Position numbers and translations under genes: made by a program
Shown here: in pieces, positions 10,388 through 19,422 of the stretch
Numbering within the stretch: the first letter of the stretch is position 1
How the letters are laid out: every line of letters starts with the position of its first letter
Notes under the pieces: model-generated
The model's database searches: none
Seen by the model: only the letters and a program-made list of their open reading frames with translations
What the model was told of the DNA's origin: nothing
Assembly: GCA_040879685.1 (NCBI GenBank)
Contig: JBBDJW010000012.1
Location: 14,233 to 78,232 of the forward strand
Length of the DNA: 64,000 nucleotides
Origin: Minisyncoccota bacterium
Lineage (GTDB): Bacteria; Patescibacteriota; Minisyncoccia; Phycocordibacterales; UBA2135
Direction: 5' to 3'

Positions 10388-10586
10388 GACGCTTGATATG
10401 GTTGGGTTATGTAGTTTTTAATTATAGCCACAGAACTCTATGTAGCAAAGTTTTTAAAACGGGGAATAGTGTGTTGATAATTTGTGTATAACTATCCTAG
10501 TAAAAATGATATTACTTTTCATTTTACCACAAAAAAATTTTTTAATTTTTGACAAAAAAAGTATTTTAGTGTAAATTACTATAATT
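10388..10586. promoter_or_regulatory. dnaA/rpmH divergent control region with DnaA-box-like sites (TGTGTATAA = TTATACACA; TGTTGATAA) and a sigma70-like promoter for rpmH (TTGACA at 10551-10556 plus TATAAT at 10578-10583)
   Basis: The motifs can be read directly in the sequence. This is the classical oriC position between dnaA and the rpmH-rnpA operon. Confidence 0.5.
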
Positions 10587-10724
10587 ATGTCAAAAACATA
10601 CCAACCTAAAAAAGGAAAGAGAAAAAAGACCCACGGCTTTCTTGTCCGTCAAAGAACGTCTTCTGGGAAAAACACCATTCAAAAAAGAAGAAGAAAGGGG
10701 CGAGCAAAACTTACCACCGTCTAA
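10587..10724 (+). CDS. rpmH: 50S ribosomal protein L34
   Basis: Not in the ORF track (45 aa). It translates to [45 protein letters not shown], the L34 signature, and is followed by rnpA. Confidence 0.85.
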   Translation: MSKTYQPKKGKRKKTHGFLVRQRTSSGKNTIQKRRRKGRAKLTTV

Positions 10725-10773
10725 AACATCCAAAAAAATCGGATGTTTTAGGTTTTTGGTGTAAACTATAAAT

Positions 10774-11121
10774 ATGTTGCCAAAAAAACATAAGGCGACC
10801 AGCGCACAAGTAGAGGCCCTTAAAAAAATACCACAAAAAAAAACACATCATTCACCCTCCTTTACTCTTCTTGTTTATAAAAAAAGAGACCAAAAAGAAG
10901 TCAGTACAATAACTTTTATTATTTCAAAAAAAATAGCCACCAAGGCGGTTTTGCGAAATAAATTAAAAAGAAGAGGGTATTCGGTGGCACAAGAATTGTT
11001 TTTCCGCATTCAAACAGGCTTTACATTGGTATTTTATTTTAAAAAAGAAAGTGTTCATAAAACACATAAAGAATTTTTCCTTGAAATACAAAAACTTTTA
11101 AAAGAAGCGCATGTTTTATAA
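10774..11121 (+). CDS. rnpA: Ribonuclease P protein component
   Basis: Small basic protein with an RNR-like basic motif (LRNKLKRRGY) in the canonical rpmH-rnpA position. Confidence 0.75.
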   Translation: MLPKKHKATSAQVEALKKIPQKKTHHSPSFTLLVYKKRDQKEVSTITFIISKKIATKAVLRNKLKRRGYSVAQELFFRIQTGFTLVFYFKKESVHKTHKEFFLEIQKLLKEAHVL

Positions 11122-11359
11122 AAAAAACAGAACAATAAAAAGTCTTTTTGTTTTTTACAAAAAATTTCTCTCTCCAGACGAAGGGTTTTTCCGCTTTCTC
11201 TTTAACCAAACAACGCCGGTTTGTGTTTTCTATCCCACATGCTCAGAGTATGTAAAACAATCTATTGAGAAAAAAGGATTATTTCAAGGACTTTACACAG
11301 GACTAAAAAGGGTTCTTCGATGTCATCCTTGGCAGAAGAGGCACATTGATCTCCCTTAA
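11111..11359 (+). CDS. yidD: Membrane protein insertion efficiency factor YidD
   Basis: FYPTCSEY ... LRCHPW conserved YidD motifs. The gene overlaps the rnpA stop and precedes yidC. Confidence 0.8.
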   Translation: MFYKKNRTIKSLFVFYKKFLSPDEGFFRFLFNQTTPVCVFYPTCSEYVKQSIEKKGLFQGLYTGLKRVLRCHPWQKRHIDLP

Positions 11360-11368
11360 TATATTTCT

Positions 11369-12124
11369 ATGATTTCAAATATCTTTTTCACCACCCTTTA
11401 CCAACCAATCTACAATAGTTTGGTTTTTTTGGTGTCCTTTATGCCGTTTTATGACATTGGGCTTGCGGTTGTTCTCCTTACTTTAGTTGTTAAATTTATA
11501 CTCTTTCCTCTTGCACATAAAACAACAAAAACACAGGCCTCTATAAAAGTTTTTGAACCCGAAGTTCAAAGACTAAAAGAAGAATATAAAGAAGACAAGC
11601 AAGAGCAGTCGCGAAAGATTATGGAGTTGTATAAAAAACATGGAGTGAATCCATTTTCAGGTTGTCTCTTATTTCTTGTTCAATTCCCCATCATCATTGC
11701 TCTTTATTGGGTTTTTTGGAAGGGATTGGAGAATGGAATCAATACAGAACAACTTTATTCTTTTGTTATTGCTCCAGCAAAAATATCAACTGACTTTCTT
11801 GGCCTCATTGATATTTCCGGGAGAAGTTTTTTCCTTGCAGCACTTGCTGGCATTTCTCAGTATTTTCAAATTAAACTTTCAATGCCCTCCACTCTCCCCA
11901 AAAAAGAGGGAGCCCCCGCTTCTTTTAAAGAAGATTTTAAAAGAAGTTTCCAGCTTCAAATGCGCTACGGCCTTCCGGTTTTTGTTTTTTTTATTGCTTA
12001 CACCATATCGGCCGTCATAGCCCTCTATTGGCTAACCTCAAACCTTTTTTCTATTGTGCACGAACTTTTTGTAAAAAGAAAAGTTACACAACTTTTATCA
12101 AACAAAGAAGAAGGAGTGGTATAA
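11369..12124 (+). CDS. yidC: Membrane protein insertase YidC/Oxa1 family (short form)
   Basis: Multi-TM protein with the YidC C-terminal motif (YWLTSNLFSIV) in conserved operon context. Confidence 0.85.
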   Translation: MISNIFFTTLYQPIYNSLVFLVSFMPFYDIGLAVVLLTLVVKFILFPLAHKTTKTQASIKVFEPEVQRLKEEYKEDKQEQSRKIMELYKKHGVNPFSGCLLFLVQFPIIIALYWVFWKGLENGINTEQLYSFVIAPAKISTDFLGLIDISGRSFFLAALAGISQYFQIKLSMPSTLPKKEGAPASFKEDFKRSFQLQMRYGLPVFVFFIAYTISAVIALYWLTSNLFSIVHELFVKRKVTQLLSNKEEGVV

Positions 12125-12160
12125 TCTCTTACAATTTTTTAGCTTCTAGCTTGTTAGTTT

Positions 12161-12299
12161 ACTGAGAAACCTCACTTGGAAGCTAAGTTTCCAAGTGAGG
12201 TTTCTCAGTGATAAACGGAGACATATCACAAGTTACGAAAACGGATTTTTGGGATACCTACACCCCATAATGCGCTATAGCGTATTATGGGGTGTAGGT
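12161..12299. repeat. Two long near-perfect hairpins in tandem (12161-12209 with a 21-bp stem; 12254-12299 with a ~22-bp stem) downstream of yidC
   Basis: ACTGAGAAACCTCACTTGGAA...TTCCAAGTGAGGTTTCTCAGT and TACCTACACCCCATAATGCGCTA...TAGCGTATTATGGGGTGTAGGTA. Neither is followed by a clear T-run. Confidence 0.5.
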
Positions 12300-12652
12300 A
12301 CTTATGGTGATAAGCGATAAAATATTTCATACTATATATATTTCATACTATATACGTCCGAATACTTCCGAAGTGCAGAAGAGTTTGTAACTTTGTGAAA
12401 GTTACAAAATCCAACACGCCACCCGTCTGGCGTATTCAAAAAGGTCTAGGACAAAGCCCTTTTTTCTCATACTTGCCAACCATTAACCTACAATTTATAA
12501 CAAACCTTACTATTTTTGTTTTCTACCATCTTCTAAAACACCAATTTTAATAATTTATATACCTAATATTCTTAAAGTTACTCGGACCACTAATAAAACA
12601 TACCTTGGTTGCGTGAGGTCATTTTTTAGTGTAGGTTAGAAATACTTAAAGT

Positions 12653-13153
12653 GTGCGTATGGAGATGGACTTTATTAAAAAAACAATAGAATCTCTTTTA
12701 AACAAGCTTGCCGCTGATGCAAAACTTGAGAGCGCTTTTCCTCTTCATGGTGGTGAGATTACTAAGTTCTCTATTAAAACAAACGAACCCTTTCTTTTAA
12801 TAGGCAGGGAAGGAAAAACATTGATGGCGATGAATCACCTTGTAAAGAAAATGTTTGAAAACGAAATAATCAACAAGGGATATAAACATATTAACTTTAT
12901 TATTGATGTCAACGACTATCAAGAAAAAAGAATTGAGGAAATAAAAAACAAAGCAAACATTATTGCTGAACGGGCTCGTTTTTTTAAAAACAACGTAGAA
13001 ATGTCGCCAATGAATCCTTATGAGCGGATGATTGCACATTCTATTTTTACCAACACCCCTGATATAGAAACAGAATCTGTTGGTAGAGGGAGAGAGCGGC
13101 GGGTTGTGGTAAAGTACATAGATACAACCTCTTCACCAGAAACGGTGTTGTAA
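12653..13153 (+). CDS. jag: Jag/KhpB-like RNA-binding protein (KH plus R3H domains)
   Basis: C-terminal R3H motif (NPYERMIAHSIF ... GRGRERRVVVKY) in the canonical position after yidC. Confidence 0.75.
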   Translation: MRMEMDFIKKTIESLLNKLAADAKLESAFPLHGGEITKFSIKTNEPFLLIGREGKTLMAMNHLVKKMFENEIINKGYKHINFIIDVNDYQEKRIEEIKNKANIIAERARFFKNNVEMSPMNPYERMIAHSIFTNTPDIETESVGRGRERRVVVKYIDTTSSPETVL

Positions 13154-13201
13154 AATCACATCTCTTTTACTTTTTTATCTTTTTACTAATCAACAAATCA
13201 T

Positions 13202-14446
13202 CTATTCCAACTTCAGTCGCCATAGGGTACCGTCTTTTTTATTTTGAAACAACAAAAAGCGTTCCTCCACATCAAGCTCTAGATTAATTACATCAAAAGA
13301 ATTGTTTAATGACTCTTGTGTTACTTGGGAAACAGAACCTCTTTCTACATCAAGTTGCCATATCTCATCACTAAAGGAGACTACCCCCCTATACCAATCA
13401 TCAGGATATAATGCCTTCTCTGGCGCTTGCGGCACCGCACAAAATGCCCTCTGAGGGCTTACCCTGCTCCACACACACTTCTCCGGTAGTGTGGCAAGGG
13501 GGAAAACTAGACTGTTTCCGCTCTCTCTATTATAGGAGATGATTCTAGAGAGGGTTTGCCCACGCATCTCTCCATAGAGGATGTTTCGCCCATCAAAAGA
13601 GGGTTGTGTGGTAAGCCCGGGAATGTTGTTTAAAAGAGGCACGATTCGTTCATTTGATAGGGTGAGAAGAATGCTCTGCCCCAAAACACCATTTGATGGT
13701 TTTGTGGTAAGAATAATTTGATTTTCTGTAGGCCAACCAACCAACCACTCTTTAAATGGGTGAGCAAAAACCTGCTCCTTGTCTCCGTTCTTTATATTTA
13801 AAATTGTACCAATCACAATATCACCAAAAGATCTAAGAGAGAACACCTTATCTCGCTCTGGTGAAAGAGTAAGAGCCTCTATATTCTCTTCCAAAAATTC
13901 TCCCTCCAAGCTTCCCACACCACTCTCCCCCCCCACAATGTTTCCCATAAATGTTTTTATAACTTCGCCGTCTAAATATTGGACGAGAAGTCTCTTCTCG
14001 TCATCACTCCACAACACTCTCTTTAGCGCCAGAAGGGTAGTGTTGGTAAGACGAACCTTTTCTAAGGTTTCTGGGTTTACCTCAAAAATATTGCCTGTTG
14101 TTTGTTCAACATACCTCACAGTCAAATGTTCCTTCTCGTCTTCACCAATGCGGTGAAACGATGCCCCCACCACCGGTGTACTTGAAAGCTGGAGCAGAGC
14201 ATTTCCCTCTCCTGCCTGCCCCGCAAGGGGTCCATCTTCTAACCCGTCTCCGTCTTGAGAGGGATCGCTTTGTGGAGGTCTTCGCACAGGCTCATCTGCG
14301 CCACCTCCTCCAAATGGAATAAAGTCGCGCAAGACTTCAACGGGCGTTTTGTCCTCTCGCGGGGCGATAATAAAGGCGGCAACAAAAATCCCTATTGCTA
14401 TGAGTGTTAAAATACCTATTATAATAAATGAAATTTTACGGGGCAT
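13202..14446 (-). CDS. Membrane-anchored extracytoplasmic protein; N-terminal TM, Pro/Gly-rich linker, possible beta-propeller body
   Basis: TM helix FIIIGILTLIAIGIFVAAFII followed by a low-complexity linker. No catalytic motifs were recognised. It is the first gene of the minus-strand secretion cluster. Confidence 0.45.
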   Translation of the reverse strand: MPRKISFIIIGILTLIAIGIFVAAFIIAPREDKTPVEVLRDFIPFGGGGADEPVRRPPQSDPSQDGDGLEDGPLAGQAGEGNALLQLSSTPVVGASFHRIGEDEKEHLTVRYVEQTTGNIFEVNPETLEKVRLTNTTLLALKRVLWSDDEKRLLVQYLDGEVIKTFMGNIVGGESGVGSLEGEFLEENIEALTLSPERDKVFSLRSFGDIVIGTILNIKNGDKEQVFAHPFKEWLVGWPTENQIILTTKPSNGVLGQSILLTLSNERIVPLLNNIPGLTTQPSFDGRNILYGEMRGQTLSRIISYNRESGNSLVFPLATLPEKCVWSRVSPQRAFCAVPQAPEKALYPDDWYRGVVSFSDEIWQLDVERGSVSQVTQESLNNSFDVINLELDVEERFLLFQNKKDGTLWRLKLE

Positions 14447-14452
14447 ATGAAT

Positions 14453-15190
14453 TTAATATAATTTGTCTATCTCTGCTTTATCAGCACACGTCGAAGCCCT
14501 ATCTGTGTCTTCCGCGGCTGCGATGCATTTATCAAGATCATTTCCAAAACAAAATAAAGAACCTGACCCTGTTTTTTTATAACAAAAATTAATATCAAGA
14601 ACACCTTGGTCTGTGATATTTTTACAAGTAAAGGTGGGCTCGTTGGTTGCGTTGTTTGCAACGTCTGCCACTCCTAGACATTCTTGCGCTGTTTGGTAAC
14701 AGTTTTGGTTAGTGGGGGTTTCTCCAATAGTGATTAAACAATATTTTTTATCAGAAGGAATATCAATGCTCCCAACATCATCAGGTGTCTCTATCGCGGG
14801 GACAGTTATTTTAAACACATCAATATTAAACTTAAGCAATTCGGGGTTAATTGTTTGCAAGATAAGCACCGATGAGCTTATAAGCACAAGGCCGATAACC
14901 GCGGACCATATTCGTTTTAGTGCGGCACTTTTATCGGTAATCGCTTCACTTAACATATATTGCATACCGCCCACAACAACCATAACAACCGCTAAAACAA
15001 TAGTTACACCAATAAGAAGTTTAAAAAGCTGTGTCAAATAACCCCCTAACCCAACCTCCCTTAGATCAATCTCATCTAGTGGAGCAAGGGGGGTATAGTC
15101 AATTGCGAAAACAGGAAGTGCAACGAAAAAGAAAAGAGCACATGAGAGTGAAAAAAAGGAAACAAAGTGTTTTTTTATAAAGGCAATCAT
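14453..15190 (-). CDS. Pilin-like membrane protein of the T4SS-like cluster (signal/TM, second TM, Cys-rich exposed C-terminal domain)
   Basis: Two hydrophobic helices in VirB2/TrbC-like topology, and at least 8 Cys in the C-terminal about 90 aa. Confidence 0.4.
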   Translation of the reverse strand: MIAFIKKHFVSFFSLSCALFFFVALPVFAIDYTPLAPLDEIDLREVGLGGYLTQLFKLLIGVTIVLAVVMVVVGGMQYMLSEAITDKSAALKRIWSAVIGLVLISSSVLILQTINPELLKFNIDVFKITVPAIETPDDVGSIDIPSDKKYCLITIGETPTNQNCYQTAQECLGVADVANNATNEPTFTCKNITDQGVLDINFCYKKTGSGSLFCFGNDLDKCIAAAEDTDRASTCADKAEIDKLY

Positions 15191-15191
15191 A

Positions 15192-16226
15192 TTAATTTCC
15201 TAAGCGAGAGGCCTCTCCAAATGTTATAGATAAAAAACGACGCACTTCTTGAAGGAAGTTATTTCTATTTGTAATTTTAAGTCCAATACGAGAACGGCCA
15301 GCCTCCTCCGGTTTTCTAAGGGTGATTTCTTGCCCTAAAGCACCTGTAATTTCTTTTCCATTGAGCAACCATGTAAATACTAAATTACTACCCACATCTT
15401 CTTGTGAAAAAAAATATGGTTCAGCGTGGAGTGTGATTTCATCAGGGAAAAAAGAATATTCTCCGCCAAGTGCTCTTTCAGAAAGGACTCCTCGTAAAGG
15501 GTGTTTTTCATAAAAGAAAATTTCCGGCTCTTGAGGAGAAAGAGTTAGAGAGGCTTCTCCACGGAGAGACCCTCCAAAAGAAGAGATGGCAACAGAGAGA
15601 TCCATTTCTTGAAACAGCGAAGGACCTGTTATGGTGAGCGTTTGTTTTCCAAACCCAGAAAGGCTTCCCAACACTCTTCCGTTACGAGACCATGTATACA
15701 CGAGCCCTTGTGGATTTAAAAACGAAACACCGTCCACACTAAACCACGGTAGTGCAGTAACAACAATTTTATTATCTGTTGTTAAAAGTGCCTTTCCTTT
15801 ATAAAAGGCAGGAGTATAGGTGTTGCTCTCCCATAAAAGAGAGACAAGTGTTGGAGTAAAACGAATTTCTTCGTTTAGTACAACACCTTCCGGCGTTGTC
15901 GCAGTAACTGAAACGCGGGTTTCTTCACCGACCTCACCCACTTTTATAGTGATTTTCTTTACCCCAACTCCTGATGTAAAAAGAGTGCCATTAACGAACC
16001 AGCGAAGCGTTGCTCTGTTAAGGTCCACACTAAAGCTCTCCACATTTATAAACACCTCTTCTTGAGGGGCAGGTACTTGTGGGAAGAATTTTATAATAAA
16101 GTTTTGTTGAGGAATTTGGGCGAAAAGAGAGTGAGATGAAAAAAGAAAACCAAAAAAGAAACCACAAAGCAATGACAGGGTTGCTGAAAGGATGCGTTTA
16201 TTTCTTTTACTATAGAGAAGGGGCAT
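15192..16226 (-). CDS. Secreted or membrane-anchored protein of the T4SS-like cluster
   Basis: N-terminal signal/TM (LSLLCGFFFGFLFSSHSLFA) with a beta-rich body and no recognised enzymatic motif. Confidence 0.45.
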   Translation of the reverse strand: MPLLYSKRNKRILSATLSLLCGFFFGFLFSSHSLFAQIPQQNFIIKFFPQVPAPQEEVFINVESFSVDLNRATLRWFVNGTLFTSGVGVKKITIKVGEVGEETRVSVTATTPEGVVLNEEIRFTPTLVSLLWESNTYTPAFYKGKALLTTDNKIVVTALPWFSVDGVSFLNPQGLVYTWSRNGRVLGSLSGFGKQTLTITGPSLFQEMDLSVAISSFGGSLRGEASLTLSPQEPEIFFYEKHPLRGVLSERALGGEYSFFPDEITLHAEPYFFSQEDVGSNLVFTWLLNGKEITGALGQEITLRKPEEAGRSRIGLKITNRNNFLQEVRRFLSITFGEASRLGN

Positions 16227-16243
16227 AATTACAGCTTATCACA

Positions 16244-18061
16244 CTACTCATTTGTTTGTTTGTGTTCCTGGCGCGTTTTTTTAAGTGATAAAATCTCGGA
16301 GGGGTCGGAGGTAATAATTTGGTCTTCCGTATACGAGGCAATAATTTTTATTGCAACATGTTTAAGTCCGGCAAAAAAGATTCCCTCTCCCACATCGGAT
16401 TCAAGAAGAAGATATTTTTCTTCATCTGTTAAATTGAAGGTTTTCTGAACTGTATCAACCGTTGTGGGAGATTGTTTAAGAAGAAGCTGTATTGAAGAGT
16501 TGTTTATAATAGGTTCGCCATATTCTGATTTCAGGAAGTCACCAACATCCTGTGTGATCGTGGCGAGGCCAAGATAGTATTTTCGTCCTCGCTTAGCAAG
16601 GCTATAGAGGAACGAAGCAGTGTCTTTTTGTTTCATCATCCACCATGCCTCATCAATTACCAAAAGCCTTTTCTTGAGTTCTTGGCGGATTGTGTTCCAG
16701 ATAAAGTGCATTACAATATACATTGCCACCGGCTTCAACTCGTCCTCCATATCACGAACAGAGAAGACCACAAATCGTTTATTAATATCAACATTGGTTG
16801 GTCGGTTTAAAAAGCCCTCCCAAGTACCTTTTGTGTATTTAATAAGCCTTGCGGAGAGTGATCCTGCTCCATCCATTCCCGCAAGAACCAGTTCAAAATC
16901 AGAAAGAAGAGGTGCTTCAATTTTTGAAAAATCAGACTCGGGGGTAATGTCTTTAAGTGCGTATGTTTCCGTAATAGCGCGGTCAATAACAGAGTCTTCC
17001 TCAGGACTAAGCCCTCCAAGCATAATTCGGAAAAGTCCAACAAGACTTACAATATTTGAACGGAGAACATCAGCAGGAGACTCATCTTCACGTACAGGAG
17101 GGAGGTCAAAAGGGTTAATATGATGCTCCGACGTGAGGGAGACATTGAAATATCTCCCCCCCGTTGCTTCGGCCAAGTATTCATATTCTTTTTCAGGGTC
17201 AATTACCAAGACATCTATGTCAAACATCAAGGAGCGAAGAATTTCTAATTTTGTTGCGTACGACTTACCAGACCCTGATGTTGCAAACATCAGAGAGTTA
17301 TAGTTGGGCATTGAAAAACGGTCAAAGAGCACCAAGCTTGTGTTGTGTCTGTTTACACCGTAAAGAATTCCTCTATCTGAAGTGAGATCAAAGGAGACAA
17401 AAGGGAAAAAACTTGAAAGTGGTGAGGAGTTTAGTTTTGAATGAATCGAGAGTGAATCATGCCCCACCGGCAACACACTGGTGAACCCTTCTTCTTGTTG
17501 AAAGAGGGCGGGACGCAGGTAGATAAGCTTTGTCTCAAGAAGTGATTTAATTTCTTGTTCAAGCTTATCAAGTGCTCGCTCATCATCTGCATAAATAGTG
17601 ATATAGAGCCCAACGTTGAAAAGTTTTTCCTGCGCTTGTTGGAGTTTATCGCGAAGCGACTCAAGATCTTGATACGCGATATCAAGCACAGGGTCTCTCA
17701 CCAACCCTTTTTCTTCGCGGATAGAAATTTGACTTTGCACTTCAGCAACTTTTTTTTGAAAATCCCGTAGCGCGCGAGAAGTGTCTATTGGGTGGATGAA
17801 CAGCGAGATATCAAAGACCTTGTCTAAGTTAATTATAGGAGAGAGCCAGTTATCATTAAGATACCGTGGGTATGAAATTGCAAAGAAGGTTCGGGCAGTT
17901 TTATCTCCCAAATGCAGTTCCTTGGGGCTTATTTTAAGGGCGGCCGGAGCAATAATATCTCTCAACTCTAATACCCCCGCCTCATAGATGTCTTGCGGTA
18001 AAATCGGAGAAATCTCTGCCGTATCTTTTTTTCTTCCTAGTAATGTGTCTAATAATCCCAT
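16244..18061 (-). CDS. VirB4/TrbE/PrgJ-type conjugal-transfer ATPase, C-terminal ATPase part; in frame with the upstream ORF across a single TAA
   Basis: Walker A ATSGSGKSYATK and Walker B RLLVIDEAWWMM, with VirB4-like C-terminal organisation. Confidence 0.75.
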   Translation of the reverse strand: MGLLDTLLGRKKDTAEISPILPQDIYEAGVLELRDIIAPAALKISPKELHLGDKTARTFFAISYPRYLNDNWLSPIINLDKVFDISLFIHPIDTSRALRDFQKKVAEVQSQISIREEKGLVRDPVLDIAYQDLESLRDKLQQAQEKLFNVGLYITIYADDERALDKLEQEIKSLLETKLIYLRPALFQQEEGFTSVLPVGHDSLSIHSKLNSSPLSSFFPFVSFDLTSDRGILYGVNRHNTSLVLFDRFSMPNYNSLMFATSGSGKSYATKLEILRSLMFDIDVLVIDPEKEYEYLAEATGGRYFNVSLTSEHHINPFDLPPVREDESPADVLRSNIVSLVGLFRIMLGGLSPEEDSVIDRAITETYALKDITPESDFSKIEAPLLSDFELVLAGMDGAGSLSARLIKYTKGTWEGFLNRPTNVDINKRFVVFSVRDMEDELKPVAMYIVMHFIWNTIRQELKKRLLVIDEAWWMMKQKDTASFLYSLAKRGRKYYLGLATITQDVGDFLKSEYGEPIINNSSIQLLLKQSPTTVDTVQKTFNLTDEEKYLLLESDVGEGIFFAGLKHVAIKIIASYTEDQIITSDPSEILSLKKTRQEHKQTNE

Positions 18062-18067
18062 AATTTT

Positions 18068-18760
18068 TTATTGCTCTTTACCCCTTTCTCGTTCCATAGG
18101 AATTGGCTTCTCAAGCTCTCCTGGGTTAAAAATACGGTAATAAAGCTCAACCAACTCTTCTGTATGAAGTGGGGCTACACGAAGCCCTGTACTTGCAAGC
18201 CCCTGCTCAACCACCCCTGCCCGTTGTTCAAGTTGCGTTCGTGCCTCCTCAAATCGTTCTTGTTCATTTTTAACATCCACCTTCTTTTTTGCTGGTAAGA
18301 ATTTAGTAAAAAAACCTCCTTGGGTATTAAGTGTTGCCCGTTGATAGGGGACAACAATAAAAAAAGTTTTTTTCATAATATTTACGCTTTCGGTAAATTT
18401 TTTCACAAAATTTATATATTCAGTTACCTGTATTTTCATCAAATCAGAGGATTGATCCTTTCTCCTCTCCTCTAAAAGGGCAATGTAGGGTCGTATATCC
18501 AACTCTCGTGATTGAGTAAAAATTTGTAACGAGAAATCTAAGGAGTTCAGAAAGCTTTGAAACTGTTGCAGAATAGCTCGCTGTTCCTCTTCTGATTTCA
18601 GCGCAAGATTGTGTGATGAGGTCATCAAAACCATTCTTAAAGAGCCGTCCTTGAGAATGACGACGCCATTTTTTATTTCTTTTATGGGAACGAAATTTTG
18701 TGCTGGTTCAGCCATAGGTTGGTGAATAGTTAGTATCTTAGTGGGTAGGTTTGTTCGCAA
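18068..18760 (-). CDS. VirB4-family N-terminal domain, separated from the ATPase part only by an in-frame TAA
   Basis: The pattern ILKDGSLRMVLMTSSHNLALKSEEEQ resembles the VirB4/TrbE N-domain. The stop at 18068-18070 is followed by two codons and then the ATG of the downstream ORF in the same frame. Confidence 0.6.
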   Translation of the reverse strand: MRTNLPTKILTIHQPMAEPAQNFVPIKEIKNGVVILKDGSLRMVLMTSSHNLALKSEEEQRAILQQFQSFLNSLDFSLQIFTQSRELDIRPYIALLEERRKDQSSDLMKIQVTEYINFVKKFTESVNIMKKTFFIVVPYQRATLNTQGGFFTKFLPAKKKVDVKNEQERFEEARTQLEQRAGVVEQGLASTGLRVAPLHTEELVELYYRIFNPGELEKPIPMERERGKEQ

Positions 18761-18781
18761 ATTGGTGTGTTATATATGGTA

Positions 18782-19249
18782 TTACGAGGAGTGCCTTGCT
18801 TCATTGCTTTGTGCGTAGATACTGTCATGGACATCAAGACTCCATGAAATATCTTTAAGCTTGCTATCGGAGAGTCTGGGAACAAAAAGCGAAGAAGCCA
18901 CCTGCTTTTCTTGTTTAGGGGTAATTTTTTTATCTTGCCTCTTCCAGATATAAAGTTTTCCAGTCATGAGAAAACGAAAGAAGGACTCTAAAAGAGCGAT
19001 AAAGGGGCGATTATTTACTTTATAAAAAGCAAGTGCAAGTGCGAGCGCTCCAACGGGAGCGATAACCAAAATCGCAATAAAGAGGGGTAAAAGAGAATAA
19101 GCAAGAAATGCCATTGCCGCCCCACCGGCAAGATAAATAAATTGCTTGAAGGTGAAGGGACCAAAAATTTTATTTTCTACTTCTATAAATTGTGGTACTT
19201 GAAAACGCATACTGTTTATGTGGCTTGTGGTAGATAACTTTTTGCACAA
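18782..19249 (-). CDS. PrgI-family (VirB3-like) small membrane protein
   Basis: VPQFIEVENKIFGPFTFKQFIYLAGGAAMAFLAY matches the PrgI-family N-terminal signature and is followed by two TM helices. The gene lies directly upstream of VirB4, as in Gram-positive T4SS. Confidence 0.55.
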   Translation of the reverse strand: MCKKLSTTSHINSMRFQVPQFIEVENKIFGPFTFKQFIYLAGGAAMAFLAYSLLPLFIAILVIAPVGALALALAFYKVNNRPFIALLESFFRFLMTGKLYIWKRQDKKITPKQEKQVASSLFVPRLSDSKLKDISWSLDVHDSIYAQSNEARHSS

Positions 19250-19422
19250 GCACCTTATTTTGATTTTCTTACTATCCTCCGACCCCCTTTCTTTTTTCGG
19301 TGCAGTTCCTCAATCTAGTTAAGTATAACAGATAAACTCAACCTTCTTAACTGTGATAGTGTCCCCAACCACTCTTTTTATGGCTTTGTGACATATGTTT
19401 TGATTGAAGGATTCCTCTACAA

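Noticed and set aside
12125-12652. Possible CRISPR array suggested by multiple palindromes
   Set aside because: The hairpins are all different sequences, irregularly spaced, with no repeat-spacer periodicity and no cas genes nearby.
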